Shown: positions 28,566 to 35,928 of the stretch, in pieces
Layout: every line of letters begins with the position of its first letter
Position numbering within the stretch: position 1 is the first letter of the stretch
IMG/VR virus record: IMGVR_UViG_3300029132_000006
Coordinates: 1-54,653 of that record
DNA from: a virus
Direction: 5' to 3' (one strand)
Length of the DNA: 54,653 nt
Translations under genes and position numbers: made by a program
The notes under the pieces: model-generated
Database searches by the model: none
What the model was told of the DNA's origin: nothing
What the model saw: the letters and a program-made list of their open reading frames with translations, nothing else

Positions 28566-29000
28566 TTAATTTTTTTCAATAAATCTTTGAAAAGCCATTT
28601 TTACACTACTTTCTGTGTTGCCACCTATGATATGTGCTATCTGAATCCAAGTCTTATTTTCTAAAAATCTAAGATTGATTATTCTTCTTATTCTACTATC
28701 GTCAACGCTTGCAATAAATTCTTCAACCTCATTGGTTTTTTCCAACAAATCATCTTCAAGCAACTGCAATGTGGCTTTTCTAGCATAAAGAAGTGTTTTC
28801 TTTCTGCTGTACTCTGGAAATGGTATGCCTTCAATCTTAAAATGCTGTTTGCCACCATTGCCACCGCTAACAGAATCTATAACCATTTCTCCAGCTTCAA
28901 TTTTACTTATATCTTTTTCAAGTCGTTCTATCTTTAGTCTTACTTCTTTTACTTCTTCCTGTAAGTCGCAATACTGTGATAAAACTTCCTTTGTTACCAT
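28566..29000 (-). CDS. Sigma-70 region-4-like / DUF1492-type putative late transcription regulator.
   Basis: C-terminal IINLRFLENKTWIQIAHIIGGNTESSVKMAFQRFI resembles sigma region 4. An N-terminal coiled coil is present. Confidence 0.45.
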   Translation of the reverse strand: MVTKEVLSQYCDLQEEVKEVRLKIERLEKDISKIEAGEMVIDSVSGGNGGKQHFKIEGIPFPEYSRKKTLLYARKATLQLLEDDLLEKTNEVEEFIASVDDSRIRRIINLRFLENKTWIQIAHIIGGNTESSVKMAFQRFIEKN

Positions 29001-29013
29001 AAATTCCCTCCTG

Positions 29014-30741
29014 TTATACTGGACTTGACATAATTACTGTCTTTTTTACTCTATTTCCTCTTTTCATTCTTAATGCAAAATTTGAAAAAACATCCGGTAC
29101 ATCATCGTGCAAATTTTTACCAGATACTGAATATTTCAATAACCAACTCATCATCTCTGCATAATCGCTCTTGGGTTCATATAGGCTTCTATCTTTAAAC
29201 ACAATATGTTGCAATACCCAACTAGAACATTGAAATATTCTTGCTTCTTTGTTTGTTTCAGTTGCAGTGTCTGATATATTGCATAACCAGCCTTTTTCTT
29301 CTACTCGTTTTCTGACTTCATTTGCAACTCTATCTCCGCCTTGATTAGCTTCAAAATCGCAATCTTGTATTTCATTATCGACAATTAAATTTGCTGAATT
29401 TTCATATTGTTTTTCGTAATCTGCCGAATTGTTGCATATAGTATCAGTGCAGTAATACGTTCCCTCATATCCTTCAAATTCAACCAGGCAAGGGAACACA
29501 TAAAAATCAGTACCAGAGGATTTCGTGTCACATTGTCCAGTAATTCTTTTAATTCGTGTTTTAGGAAGTTCTTTATATCTCATTATTTTGTTTTCTGGAT
29601 AAAGCAATCCCTCACGTTCTATTGGATCTTGCTTATAAAGACATCTATAAGATATATCATCCATTGTCAGTGCTTGATCATTAAAAAATTCCACCGACAT
29701 TCCATTATATTCATAGTCAAAATTACTTTTCCCTGTTTTAGGGTCAATATCTGGAATCGAAATAATTTTTAACTTTGGGTCGTTTCCATAAAGCTCAATA
29801 ATATGTCCAATAATGTCTTTTGTGCTCCATCTGGTCATTATAATTATTTCTTTTACTTGTTCGTTTAGCTTTCTTTGCTTTAAATCGACTCCATAAATTC
29901 TCCATATTTTTTCAAGAATTATTGGATTAAGTGCTTCTTCAATAGAACCTATAAGGTCATCACAATATAAATAACGGTTAGTTCTAACCTTACCAGCATT
30001 CTTAGCTCCTATTGATGAGCATTGAATACTTGAAAATGCTTTGTATTTACCGAAATTAGCTTCTTGTGCCTGTGCATTTGTGCTTTGTAATGGTAAATTA
30101 GGGAAAATAACATTCCATTTATATTCTTTATCATCTGTTGTTATGTCAAGCACTCCTTTATAAAACTTTCCTGTAATTTCGTTGCTGTGAGAAAAGAAAA
30201 GGCTGTAATCTTTAGGGTGCTTGCCAATTATCCAAGAGCAAAAAAATTTTTCTAGTGTAGTTTTTTGCGTTCCTGGTGGCATAGAAATACATAATCTATT
30301 ATATTTGTCGTCTTCCAAATCTTGCATAGCTTGAATAAGCCCGTATTTATTAAGCTGTTTCATTTTTGGCTGATAAAATCTTTCACTCTCTTCTCTGTCT
30401 TTTTCAAGATAAAGCAAATAGCTGTGAAATAAGTGCGGAGCTTCAAGTAATAAGGTATCAAAATATCTATTAACTAAATCATTGTCTATATTGTTGTTGA
30501 ATGTATATTTTTCAAGTTCAAAAATATCTATGCCTATATCACGCATACAAGCCTTTTCTATGAGTTCTTTTGCCCTAGCCGTACATTTTAACATTGTGTC
30601 AATTTCGCCCTCATTCTTGGCAAGCTGGCACACGTTGTAGTAGGTTTCTATAATATTTTCATCTATTCCATTTTGGGATATGTATTTTTCGCAATCATCT
30701 ATCAGTTGATTTAATTCAGAATTCAAGAAAAGCACCTCCAC
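29014..30741 (-). CDS. terL: Terminase large subunit.
   Basis: Walker A PPGTQKTT, Walker B LYCDDL, and a TRW coupling motif. The true start may be the TTG at 30726, 8 nt after GGAGGTG. Confidence 0.85.
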   Translation of the reverse strand: MEVLFLNSELNQLIDDCEKYISQNGIDENIIETYYNVCQLAKNEGEIDTMLKCTARAKELIEKACMRDIGIDIFELEKYTFNNNIDNDLVNRYFDTLLLEAPHLFHSYLLYLEKDREESERFYQPKMKQLNKYGLIQAMQDLEDDKYNRLCISMPPGTQKTTLEKFFCSWIIGKHPKDYSLFFSHSNEITGKFYKGVLDITTDDKEYKWNVIFPNLPLQSTNAQAQEANFGKYKAFSSIQCSSIGAKNAGKVRTNRYLYCDDLIGSIEEALNPIILEKIWRIYGVDLKQRKLNEQVKEIIIMTRWSTKDIIGHIIELYGNDPKLKIISIPDIDPKTGKSNFDYEYNGMSVEFFNDQALTMDDISYRCLYKQDPIEREGLLYPENKIMRYKELPKTRIKRITGQCDTKSSGTDFYVFPCLVEFEGYEGTYYCTDTICNNSADYEKQYENSANLIVDNEIQDCDFEANQGGDRVANEVRKRVEEKGWLCNISDTATETNKEARIFQCSSWVLQHIVFKDRSLYEPKSDYAEMMSWLLKYSVSGKNLHDDVPDVFSNFALRMKRGNRVKKTVIMSSPV

Positions 30742-30795
30742 TTTTAAAAAGCAAAGGTGCTTATAGACCTCTGCCTATAACTGTTTTAGGGTAGC

Positions 30796-30822
30796 GACTA
30801 ACTCTATTTGTTAGCCGGTAAT
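30796..30822. repeat. 27-nt element GACTAACTCTATTTGTTAGCCGGTAAT, copy 1.
   Basis: 25/27 identical to 31379-31405. Both copies end 5 nt downstream of a minus-strand stop codon. Confidence 0.7.
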
Positions 30823-30827
30823 TTTGC

Positions 30828-31151
30828 TTATTTTAATTCATCTGCTGTAACTATATGTAAAATTCCATAATTACCTTTATCAAAACTGTCTCTTGCACTT
30901 TCGTGACATCTTGTGCGTAGTACATTTAATGCACTTTTAATATTGCTATTGCAAATAGCCTTAGCAATGTCAGAAAATGGTTGTGGGTTGTCTAGTCTTG
31001 AATTAGCTTCTGCTATAGAACAATGCTTATATTGTATTATTGCGTCCATTGCAAAGTCTCTGTCCAAATTAACACCCAAAAATCTGTCCGTAACTGTATT
31101 CCATATAGCATATAGGTTATCTACATCATCTTGTAATGCGACTATTAACAT
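30828..31151 (-). CDS. Hypothetical protein.
   Basis: Track ORF. Confidence 0.55.
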   Translation of the reverse strand: MLIVALQDDVDNLYAIWNTVTDRFLGVNLDRDFAMDAIIQYKHCSIAEANSRLDNPQPFSDIAKAICNSNIKSALNVLRTRCHESARDSFDKGNYGILHIVTADELK

Positions 31152-31157
31152 ATAATC

Positions 31158-31352
31158 TCACTCCTTGTTCAGTTCATCCGCATATCTTGTCATTTCAATC
31201 TGTGTTCCGTTTTCATCCCTTGCACCGACAGTTACACATCTGTCACAGCCACCACTTGGTATATTGCCAAGTCTTATTTCCGTTTTATCATCCTCAAACT
31301 TGTAACACTCACGCATTTTCTCAATGCAGTTATTCATTTCTGATATTTTCAT
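31158..31352 (-). CDS. Hypothetical protein.
   Basis: Track ORF with an AAGGAG RBS. Confidence 0.55.
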   Translation of the reverse strand: MKISEMNNCIEKMRECYKFEDDKTEIRLGNIPSGGCDRCVTVGARDENGTQIEMTRYADELNKE

Positions 31353-31378
31353 AATCTCGCTCCTTAAAGTAATGTAAT

Positions 31379-31405
31379 GACTAGCTCCATTTGTTAGCCG
31401 GTAAT
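31379..31405. repeat. 27-nt element GACTAGCTCCATTTGTTAGCCGGTAAT, copy 2.
   Basis: See 30796-30822. Confidence 0.7.
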
Positions 31406-31409
31406 ATCA

Positions 31410-31619
31410 TTAAATTATTTTATAATTTCTTCTTCCAATTTCCCACTTATGAAAAACAATAAATGTCATAAATAAAACTGTATCTCCATTTTTCATTTCA
31501 ACTAATATTGGTAATCCTCTTCTGTCAATTTTTAATATATCATTTTTATTTTCTGACAAAAATTTATTCAATTCCCATTGTAATGTTCTTACTGTCTGTT
31601 CATTATGTACATATATCAT
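31410..31619 (-). CDS. Hypothetical protein.
   Basis: Start refined to MIYVHNEQ behind GAAAGG, which removes the overlap with the upstream ORF. Confidence 0.5.
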   Translation of the reverse strand: MIYVHNEQTVRTLQWELNKFLSENKNDILKIDRRGLPILVEMKNGDTVLFMTFIVFHKWEIGRRNYKII

Positions 31620-31621
31620 CT

Positions 31622-31945
31622 TCACAAAACGCCTTTCCGCTTCTGATATTTGCATTTATAACGACCGCACATATATTTATGTATTCCTTTGCTAATATCT
31701 TCAAATGAGGAATATTCAACAGCAAATCCACAAGTTTCAGGGTCGCACTCACAATTAGGATTTGTGTCGCAAACATTAAATGGATTTTTCTTCTTAATCC
31801 ATTGATTATCTGGTGCTTCTATATCAGCCAAACCATCAATCATCAGCACAGCCTTTGAAACTCTTACACATTCTTCTCTCTTTTCCTCATTCGTGCATTT
31901 TCCGTCTGCATTGTATCGGCAAGTGGTAAGATTACAATTATTCAT
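31622..31945 (-). CDS. Cys-rich hypothetical protein.
   Basis: Track ORF with many Cys residues (CRYNADGKC...CECDPETC). Confidence 0.5.
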   Translation of the reverse strand: MNNCNLTTCRYNADGKCTNEEKREECVRVSKAVLMIDGLADIEAPDNQWIKKKNPFNVCDTNPNCECDPETCGFAVEYSSFEDISKGIHKYMCGRYKCKYQKRKGVL

Positions 31946-32177
31946 TCTTCATAAACCTCTCAAATTCTCTCCTGCACTTAAAACATAAATCATATCTGTG
32001 TTCGTTTCTCCATATAGCCATTGGGAGTGTTTGTTTTGCTAAATCCTCTGCCGTGTATGTAGTTTTCTCGTGTAAAGGCTCTAATTCTTCTGTTTTAAAA
32101 TGAGCGTATTTCTCATTGTAAAATGTCATTTCTTTCCCGCACCTGTCACAAGTGTGCCATTCTTTTTGATGTTTCAT
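31938..32177 (-). CDS. Zinc-ribbon mini-protein.
   Basis: CDRCGK...CFKC. Confidence 0.5.
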   Translation of the reverse strand: MKHQKEWHTCDRCGKEMTFYNEKYAHFKTEELEPLHEKTTYTAEDLAKQTLPMAIWRNEHRYDLCFKCRREFERFMKNE

Positions 32178-32214
32178 AGTAATCCCCCTTTTGCAAAATT
32201 AGTAAACTCTTCGG

Positions 32215-32385
32215 TTATTCTTTAAAAAGTACTTCTTTCACTAAAAAAGTAAGTTGTATCTTTTTCATTCCTGACTCATCGTCTGTAATGCCATCTACAG
32301 TATATATACTATCAACTGGGTTACCATCAAAGAAAACTTTGACATATCCTTTTGAACTGTCCAACAATGCTTCTTTAATCATCAT
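32215..32385 (-). CDS. Hypothetical 56-aa protein, below the track cutoff.
   Basis: GGTGGA RBS and ATGATG start; it fills an otherwise empty gap. Confidence 0.4.
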   Translation of the reverse strand: MMIKEALLDSSKGYVKVFFDGNPVDSIYTVDGITDDESGMKKIQLTFLVKEVLFKE

Positions 32386-32398
32386 TCCACCAACCTTT

Positions 32399-32746
32399 TC
32401 AAACTAACCCTAGCATACATAAAATATCAAGCCCCGATATTCTCTCCGCACCCTCTCTTGTATGCATAAGAATTTCTTTAAGCTTTTCATTTTCTGTGTT
32501 GCTGTATTTATTTCTATCATACGCTTCTGAAAAGCAATAATATTTGCAATATCCGTAGCCTACACCAAGCATATTTCCATGAATACTCTTCCCGACAATA
32601 TCGTAATATTTGGGGACTTTTAAAATATCGTGTTTTTCATCTAGGGTACATTCCCTTTGCTCTGCTTTTAGCTTTGATTGAAGATATTTCAGAAAGCTTC
32701 GTATATCCTGTTCTGATTTTGAAATATATAAAATAGTTTCATTCAT
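32399..32746 (-). CDS. Hypothetical protein.
   Basis: Track ORF. Confidence 0.55.
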   Translation of the reverse strand: MNETILYISKSEQDIRSFLKYLQSKLKAEQRECTLDEKHDILKVPKYYDIVGKSIHGNMLGVGYGYCKYYCFSEAYDRNKYSNTENEKLKEILMHTREGAERISGLDILCMLGLV

Positions 32747-32964
32747 TCTTTCACTAACTTTCTACCGCAGATAGGGCAAAACACAATATTAAAATATCCC
32801 ATAGCCGCTGTGTGTGCAATAATAACAACACTCGGTTTATCGTCTCCTGTGTTCTTCAAAATCCGTGCTTCTGTCAAATTTGTTTCATTTGCGCATTTAT
32901 GAATTTTTATGTCTGCTCCGCAAATTGTATTTTTGTCATGCCAGTTTTTGCAAAATTCGCACAT
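32743..32964 (-). CDS. Zinc-ribbon mini-protein.
   Basis: Start refined to MCEFCKNW; CEFC...CPICGRK. Confidence 0.5.
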   Translation of the reverse strand: MCEFCKNWHDKNTICGADIKIHKCANETNLTEARILKNTGDDKPSVVIIAHTAAMGYFNIVFCPICGRKLVKE

Positions 32965-32965
32965 A

Positions 32966-33154
32966 TCACTTCTTCCCCCATAAATTATCCGGTAATTCCT
33001 CGCCGCCATATATCTTGTTAGCATATTTCTTAAATGTCGGCACGCTGCAACCTGCTACTTTTGCCGCCTTTACCTGTGAAGCCTGCCCCGATATGTATAA
33101 GTTAATCGCTTCATAAAACTTATCTTTGTTTAGTGGGTGTACTCCCATAGCCAT
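32966..33154 (-). CDS. Small HTH DNA-binding protein.
   Basis: Start refined behind AAGGAGTG. QVKAAKVAGCSVPTFKKY is a helix-turn-helix pattern. Confidence 0.5.
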   Translation of the reverse strand: MAMGVHPLNKDKFYEAINLYISGQASQVKAAKVAGCSVPTFKKYANKIYGGEELPDNLWGKK

Positions 33155-33159
33155 AATAA

Positions 33160-34113
33160 TCACTCCTTACTTTCGCACCAACTGCTCTTACAAGTGTGGT
33201 TCATAATATTAATCAAAACCTTTTCAGAAGAAAAGTGAACTAAGCTGTAATCACATTGTGCTGAAAACTTTGTATTGAAATATTCATCAACTAACATCTT
33301 GTAGTCTGTATTATCGTCCATATCACTTATAGCCGCATAATAGGTATCTGTATATCCGTCACGCTCTATGTCGGTTTCTTTTGTTAAATTATCTACCACT
33401 CTTGATAGAACCTTGTCCGTTAATGGGTAATGATATTTCCCAGTACATTCTCCGTGTTTATCTAAAAAGTATTTAAAGAATGCTTCTACATTTTCTTTGA
33501 GCGTTTTATCATTAGTCCAATCATAAGCTATCTTGCCAGCTCTACTTATCATTCTTTCCTCGGCAACTTCCCAATCACTTTGAGAGTATTCGCTTATCGG
33601 CTTAAACTCTTTCGCTTTTTTATCTTTGGGTAAAAAAGAATTGCACTGTTCTCTGTTAAGAGAATTACTTTTAGTATTTAATTCATTAGTATTTTGTATA
33701 TTAATATTTAATTCATCAGTACTTAATTCATTAGTATTTAATTGTCCGTGGTTTTCTACCTGTTGACATTCAACCCCTAGATTTTCTGTATCTTGTTTTT
33801 CTATTTTCTGTTTATATGGTTCTTCGTAAACCTCGTAGGTGTACTTTATTCTTCCACCATTGCTTTTTGTCGGGTTTTCCTTAGTAACCACAACATAATT
33901 ATTATCCCTTAACTCATTTAAAGCCGATTTAACAGCTGTTTCATTCTCTTTACTTATTGCAACTAACCCAGCTATTGAATAATCCCAATTATCGGGCAAT
34001 GAAAGCATTACAGACAATAATCCTTTTGCTTTCAAGCTTAAGCTCTTATCCCTTAAATGAGTATTACTCATAACTGTGTAATTTTTTGTTTTATGCACTC
34101 TGATTGTTGCCAT
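33160..34113 (-). CDS. Winged-helix DNA-binding protein, replication-initiator-like, carrying internal iteron-like DNA repeats.
   Basis: N-terminal YTVMSNTHLRDKSLSLKAKGLLSVMLSLPDNWDYSIAGL...ALNELRDNNYV pattern seen in Firmicutes Rep/DnaD-like wHTH proteins. Three copies of TAATTCATYAGTA lie at about 33679-33740. Confidence 0.5.
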   Translation of the reverse strand: MATIRVHKTKNYTVMSNTHLRDKSLSLKAKGLLSVMLSLPDNWDYSIAGLVAISKENETAVKSALNELRDNNYVVVTKENPTKSNGGRIKYTYEVYEEPYKQKIEKQDTENLGVECQQVENHGQLNTNELSTDELNINIQNTNELNTKSNSLNREQCNSFLPKDKKAKEFKPISEYSQSDWEVAEERMISRAGKIAYDWTNDKTLKENVEAFFKYFLDKHGECTGKYHYPLTDKVLSRVVDNLTKETDIERDGYTDTYYAAISDMDDNTDYKMLVDEYFNTKFSAQCDYSLVHFSSEKVLINIMNHTCKSSWCESKE

Positions 34114-34236
34114 ATTGAATACCTCCGCTTGATATTATTTATGTATGCCTGTGATACACACTCCGCTTAATCAATAAAAACAACAAACAGGCACAGCGGA
34201 AGTGCTTTTCGGTCTGCATCACCTAGTTTGTTGTAA

Positions 34237-34308
34237 TCGGATAGACAGGACTTGAACCTGTGACTACTTGAATAAATCAAGCGTTACTCCCAACTGAACT
34301 ACTATCCG
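34237..34308 (-). tRNA. tRNA with anticodon UUA (reads UAA; suppressor-type), or a degenerate tRNA.
   Basis: Hand fold: acceptor CGGATAG/CTATCCG plus A73; anticodon stem GCTTG/CAAGT; loop ATTTATT; T-arm ACAGG-TTCAAGT-CCTGT. Atypical features are an imperfect D-stem (GTTC...GTAAC) and U at position 37. Confidence 0.55.
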
Positions 34309-34746
34309 TCAACTTGTAAGAATTTCTGACAAGTTGAAATAAAAAAGACTAGCACAGAGAGATTAAACAATTCACATTTATAAATCACTTTGGAGGTCAT
34401 TTATACGCTTAAAAATATTGTTTTGAGTGGATATAAAGTGCTAGTCTTAACAGCAGTATAGGCTATGACACCTATAACAGGTCGTGGCAAAGCTGGATGG
34501 AAGTGATTACGCCCGTGCAGTTTGGCTGTTCAAAGAAAGTGGCTTCGCTCGCTGTCTATCCCTTAAGGATAACTGCTGATTATGAAATATTTGAAATAAT
34601 TACTACGCATATTTGTGTGGGATATGCGTAAAACCTCACGGACTTTCTGACGGTCCTTAACAGCTCTTGCTATGAGGTGAAAGGAGAACTTAATGCTAGT
34701 AAACCAATAAGTCCTGTAAAGGCACAAGTGTAATTAAACACTTGAA
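34309..34746 (-). ncRNA. ORF-free, helix-rich 438-nt spacer between two tRNAs; a candidate large structured ncRNA.
   Basis: At least nine helices of 5-11 bp can be drawn, including nested long-range pairs (listed in the findings). No credible ORF on either strand. Confidence 0.35.
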
Positions 34747-34818
34747 CTACCCCTGTGGGATTTGAACCCACGATACAGGAATCAAAATCCTGTGCCTTGA
34801 CCACTTGGCTAAGGGGCA
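34747..34818 (-). tRNA. tRNA-Gln (anticodon UUG).
   Basis: Hand fold: acceptor TGCCCCT/AGGGGTA with U1-A72 and G73 (Gln-like); anticodon arm CAGGA-TTTTGAT-TCCTG; T-arm GTGGG-TTCAAAT-CCCAC. Confidence 0.8.
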
Positions 34819-34823
34819 ATATG

Positions 34824-34994
34824 CTATTCTTTTGTTTCAAAGAGTACTGCATTTTTATTTGCTGTTTCAAGCTCTGTGAAGTTATCCTTGCCTTTTACAA
34901 CATTTGGATTGCCATTACAGGCATTACAAGGCTTTTCACAATATAACTTATGTCTATGTTTGCACTGGTAACAGTGCTTATCCTGATTACCCAT
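34824..34994 (-). CDS. 56-aa Cys-rich mini-protein (MGNQDKHCYQCKHRHKLYCEKPCNACNG...), translationally coupled to mazG.
   Basis: The ATG overlaps the mazG stop (TAATG). It ends 5 nt before tRNA-Gln. Confidence 0.4.
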   Translation of the reverse strand: MGNQDKHCYQCKHRHKLYCEKPCNACNGNPNVVKGKDNFTELETANKNAVLFETKE

Positions 34995-35410
34995 TATTTA
35001 TCACCTGCCTGTCTGTGATTAGCTCTGTAAGTGTCAAAACCGTCCGGATAACGTGCTATAAGTTTATCTATGTTTGTCTGCATTACATCATCAAGATTAA
35101 AACCGCAAGCTTCACAAATCATAGCAACGTACCATAAAACATCGCCACACTCTTTCTTAAGATGTTCTAAGTCTATGCCTTTTTCGTGGAATATACCCTT
35201 TTTAACAAGGTCTGATACTTCTCCAGCTTCACCAGTTAAGCCTAAGACACCATTAAGAAGTCCTGCTATGTCATTTATGTTGCTACACTTAGCATTGCTT
35301 TCTGCTAGAGGGCTAAGCGAAAACTTACCAGTCAATTCAGTACTTAATCTATGATGAGCCATTTTATCGTTAGTACGCATTGCCAATTTTTGGTATTCAT
35401 TGCCCTGCAT
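34994..35410 (-). CDS. mazG: MazG-like nucleotide pyrophosphohydrolase.
   Basis: YQKLAMRT...LTGEAGEV...ECGDVLWYVAMICEACGFNLDDVMQTNIDKL, the all-alpha NTP-PPase pattern. Confidence 0.8.
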   Translation of the reverse strand: MQGNEYQKLAMRTNDKMAHHRLSTELTGKFSLSPLAESNAKCSNINDIAGLLNGVLGLTGEAGEVSDLVKKGIFHEKGIDLEHLKKECGDVLWYVAMICEACGFNLDDVMQTNIDKLIARYPDGFDTYRANHRQAGDK

Positions 35411-35845
35411 TTATAACTCCTAACTCTTTTTCTGTTTTTTAAAATTTTTTGGAATTTATTCAGCCGACTAGCTGATTCTCTGATGTGTTTATTGAATATC
35501 TTGTGATTAATTAATATGTGTCTATTATACACCTAATTAGCTTAAATGTATAGATGTTAATTGGATTATTTTTAATTAAATATATAAGTGATTTATTAGT
35601 ATTAATTATATGATTAATAGTTAGGTATTATTTATATATAATTATATAATATGTGTATTATGTGGTGATAATAATATAAATATATATTAATATATAAGGG
35701 CTTTTTGTTATTTTGGATAATTGAGCGACTTAGTTGGGGCGTGTTCCGGAGGTAAATAAACCCCCTCCGCCCTTATCCGTGTAATCGTGTCTATTTTATG
35801 CCATATTCTCAAACAATTAACACAATTAACACAATATCCATACAA

Positions 35846-35877
35846 TAACGCCGATAAACCTTAATTTATCAGCGTTA
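35846..35877 (-). terminator. 13-bp inverted repeat (TAACGCCGATAAA / TTTATCAGCGTTA) downstream of terS.
   Basis: 12/13 complementary with a 6-nt loop. The U tract is weak. Confidence 0.35.
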
Positions 35878-35928
35878 TCTAAATGCTTAGCACTCACAAA
35901 CCCAGTATTTAAGCGGTTTTCAAGTGGT

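Noticed and set aside
34309-34746. Group I intron interrupting a tRNA.
   Set aside because: Both flanking tRNAs fold completely on their own. There are no split exons and no recognisable P7/J8-7 core that I could align from memory. It is kept only as a model to test with cmsearch.
34670-34946. Track ORFs 34670..34870 (minus strand) and 34755..34946 (plus strand).
   Set aside because: Both overlap the tRNA-Gln gene, and one starts inside its T-arm. They are artefacts.
35344-35532. Minus-strand 62-aa ORF overlapping the mazG start.
   Set aside because: It is out of frame with mazG and extends into the AT-rich block, with no RBS. The mazG ATG at 35410 has a proper GGAG-type RBS.
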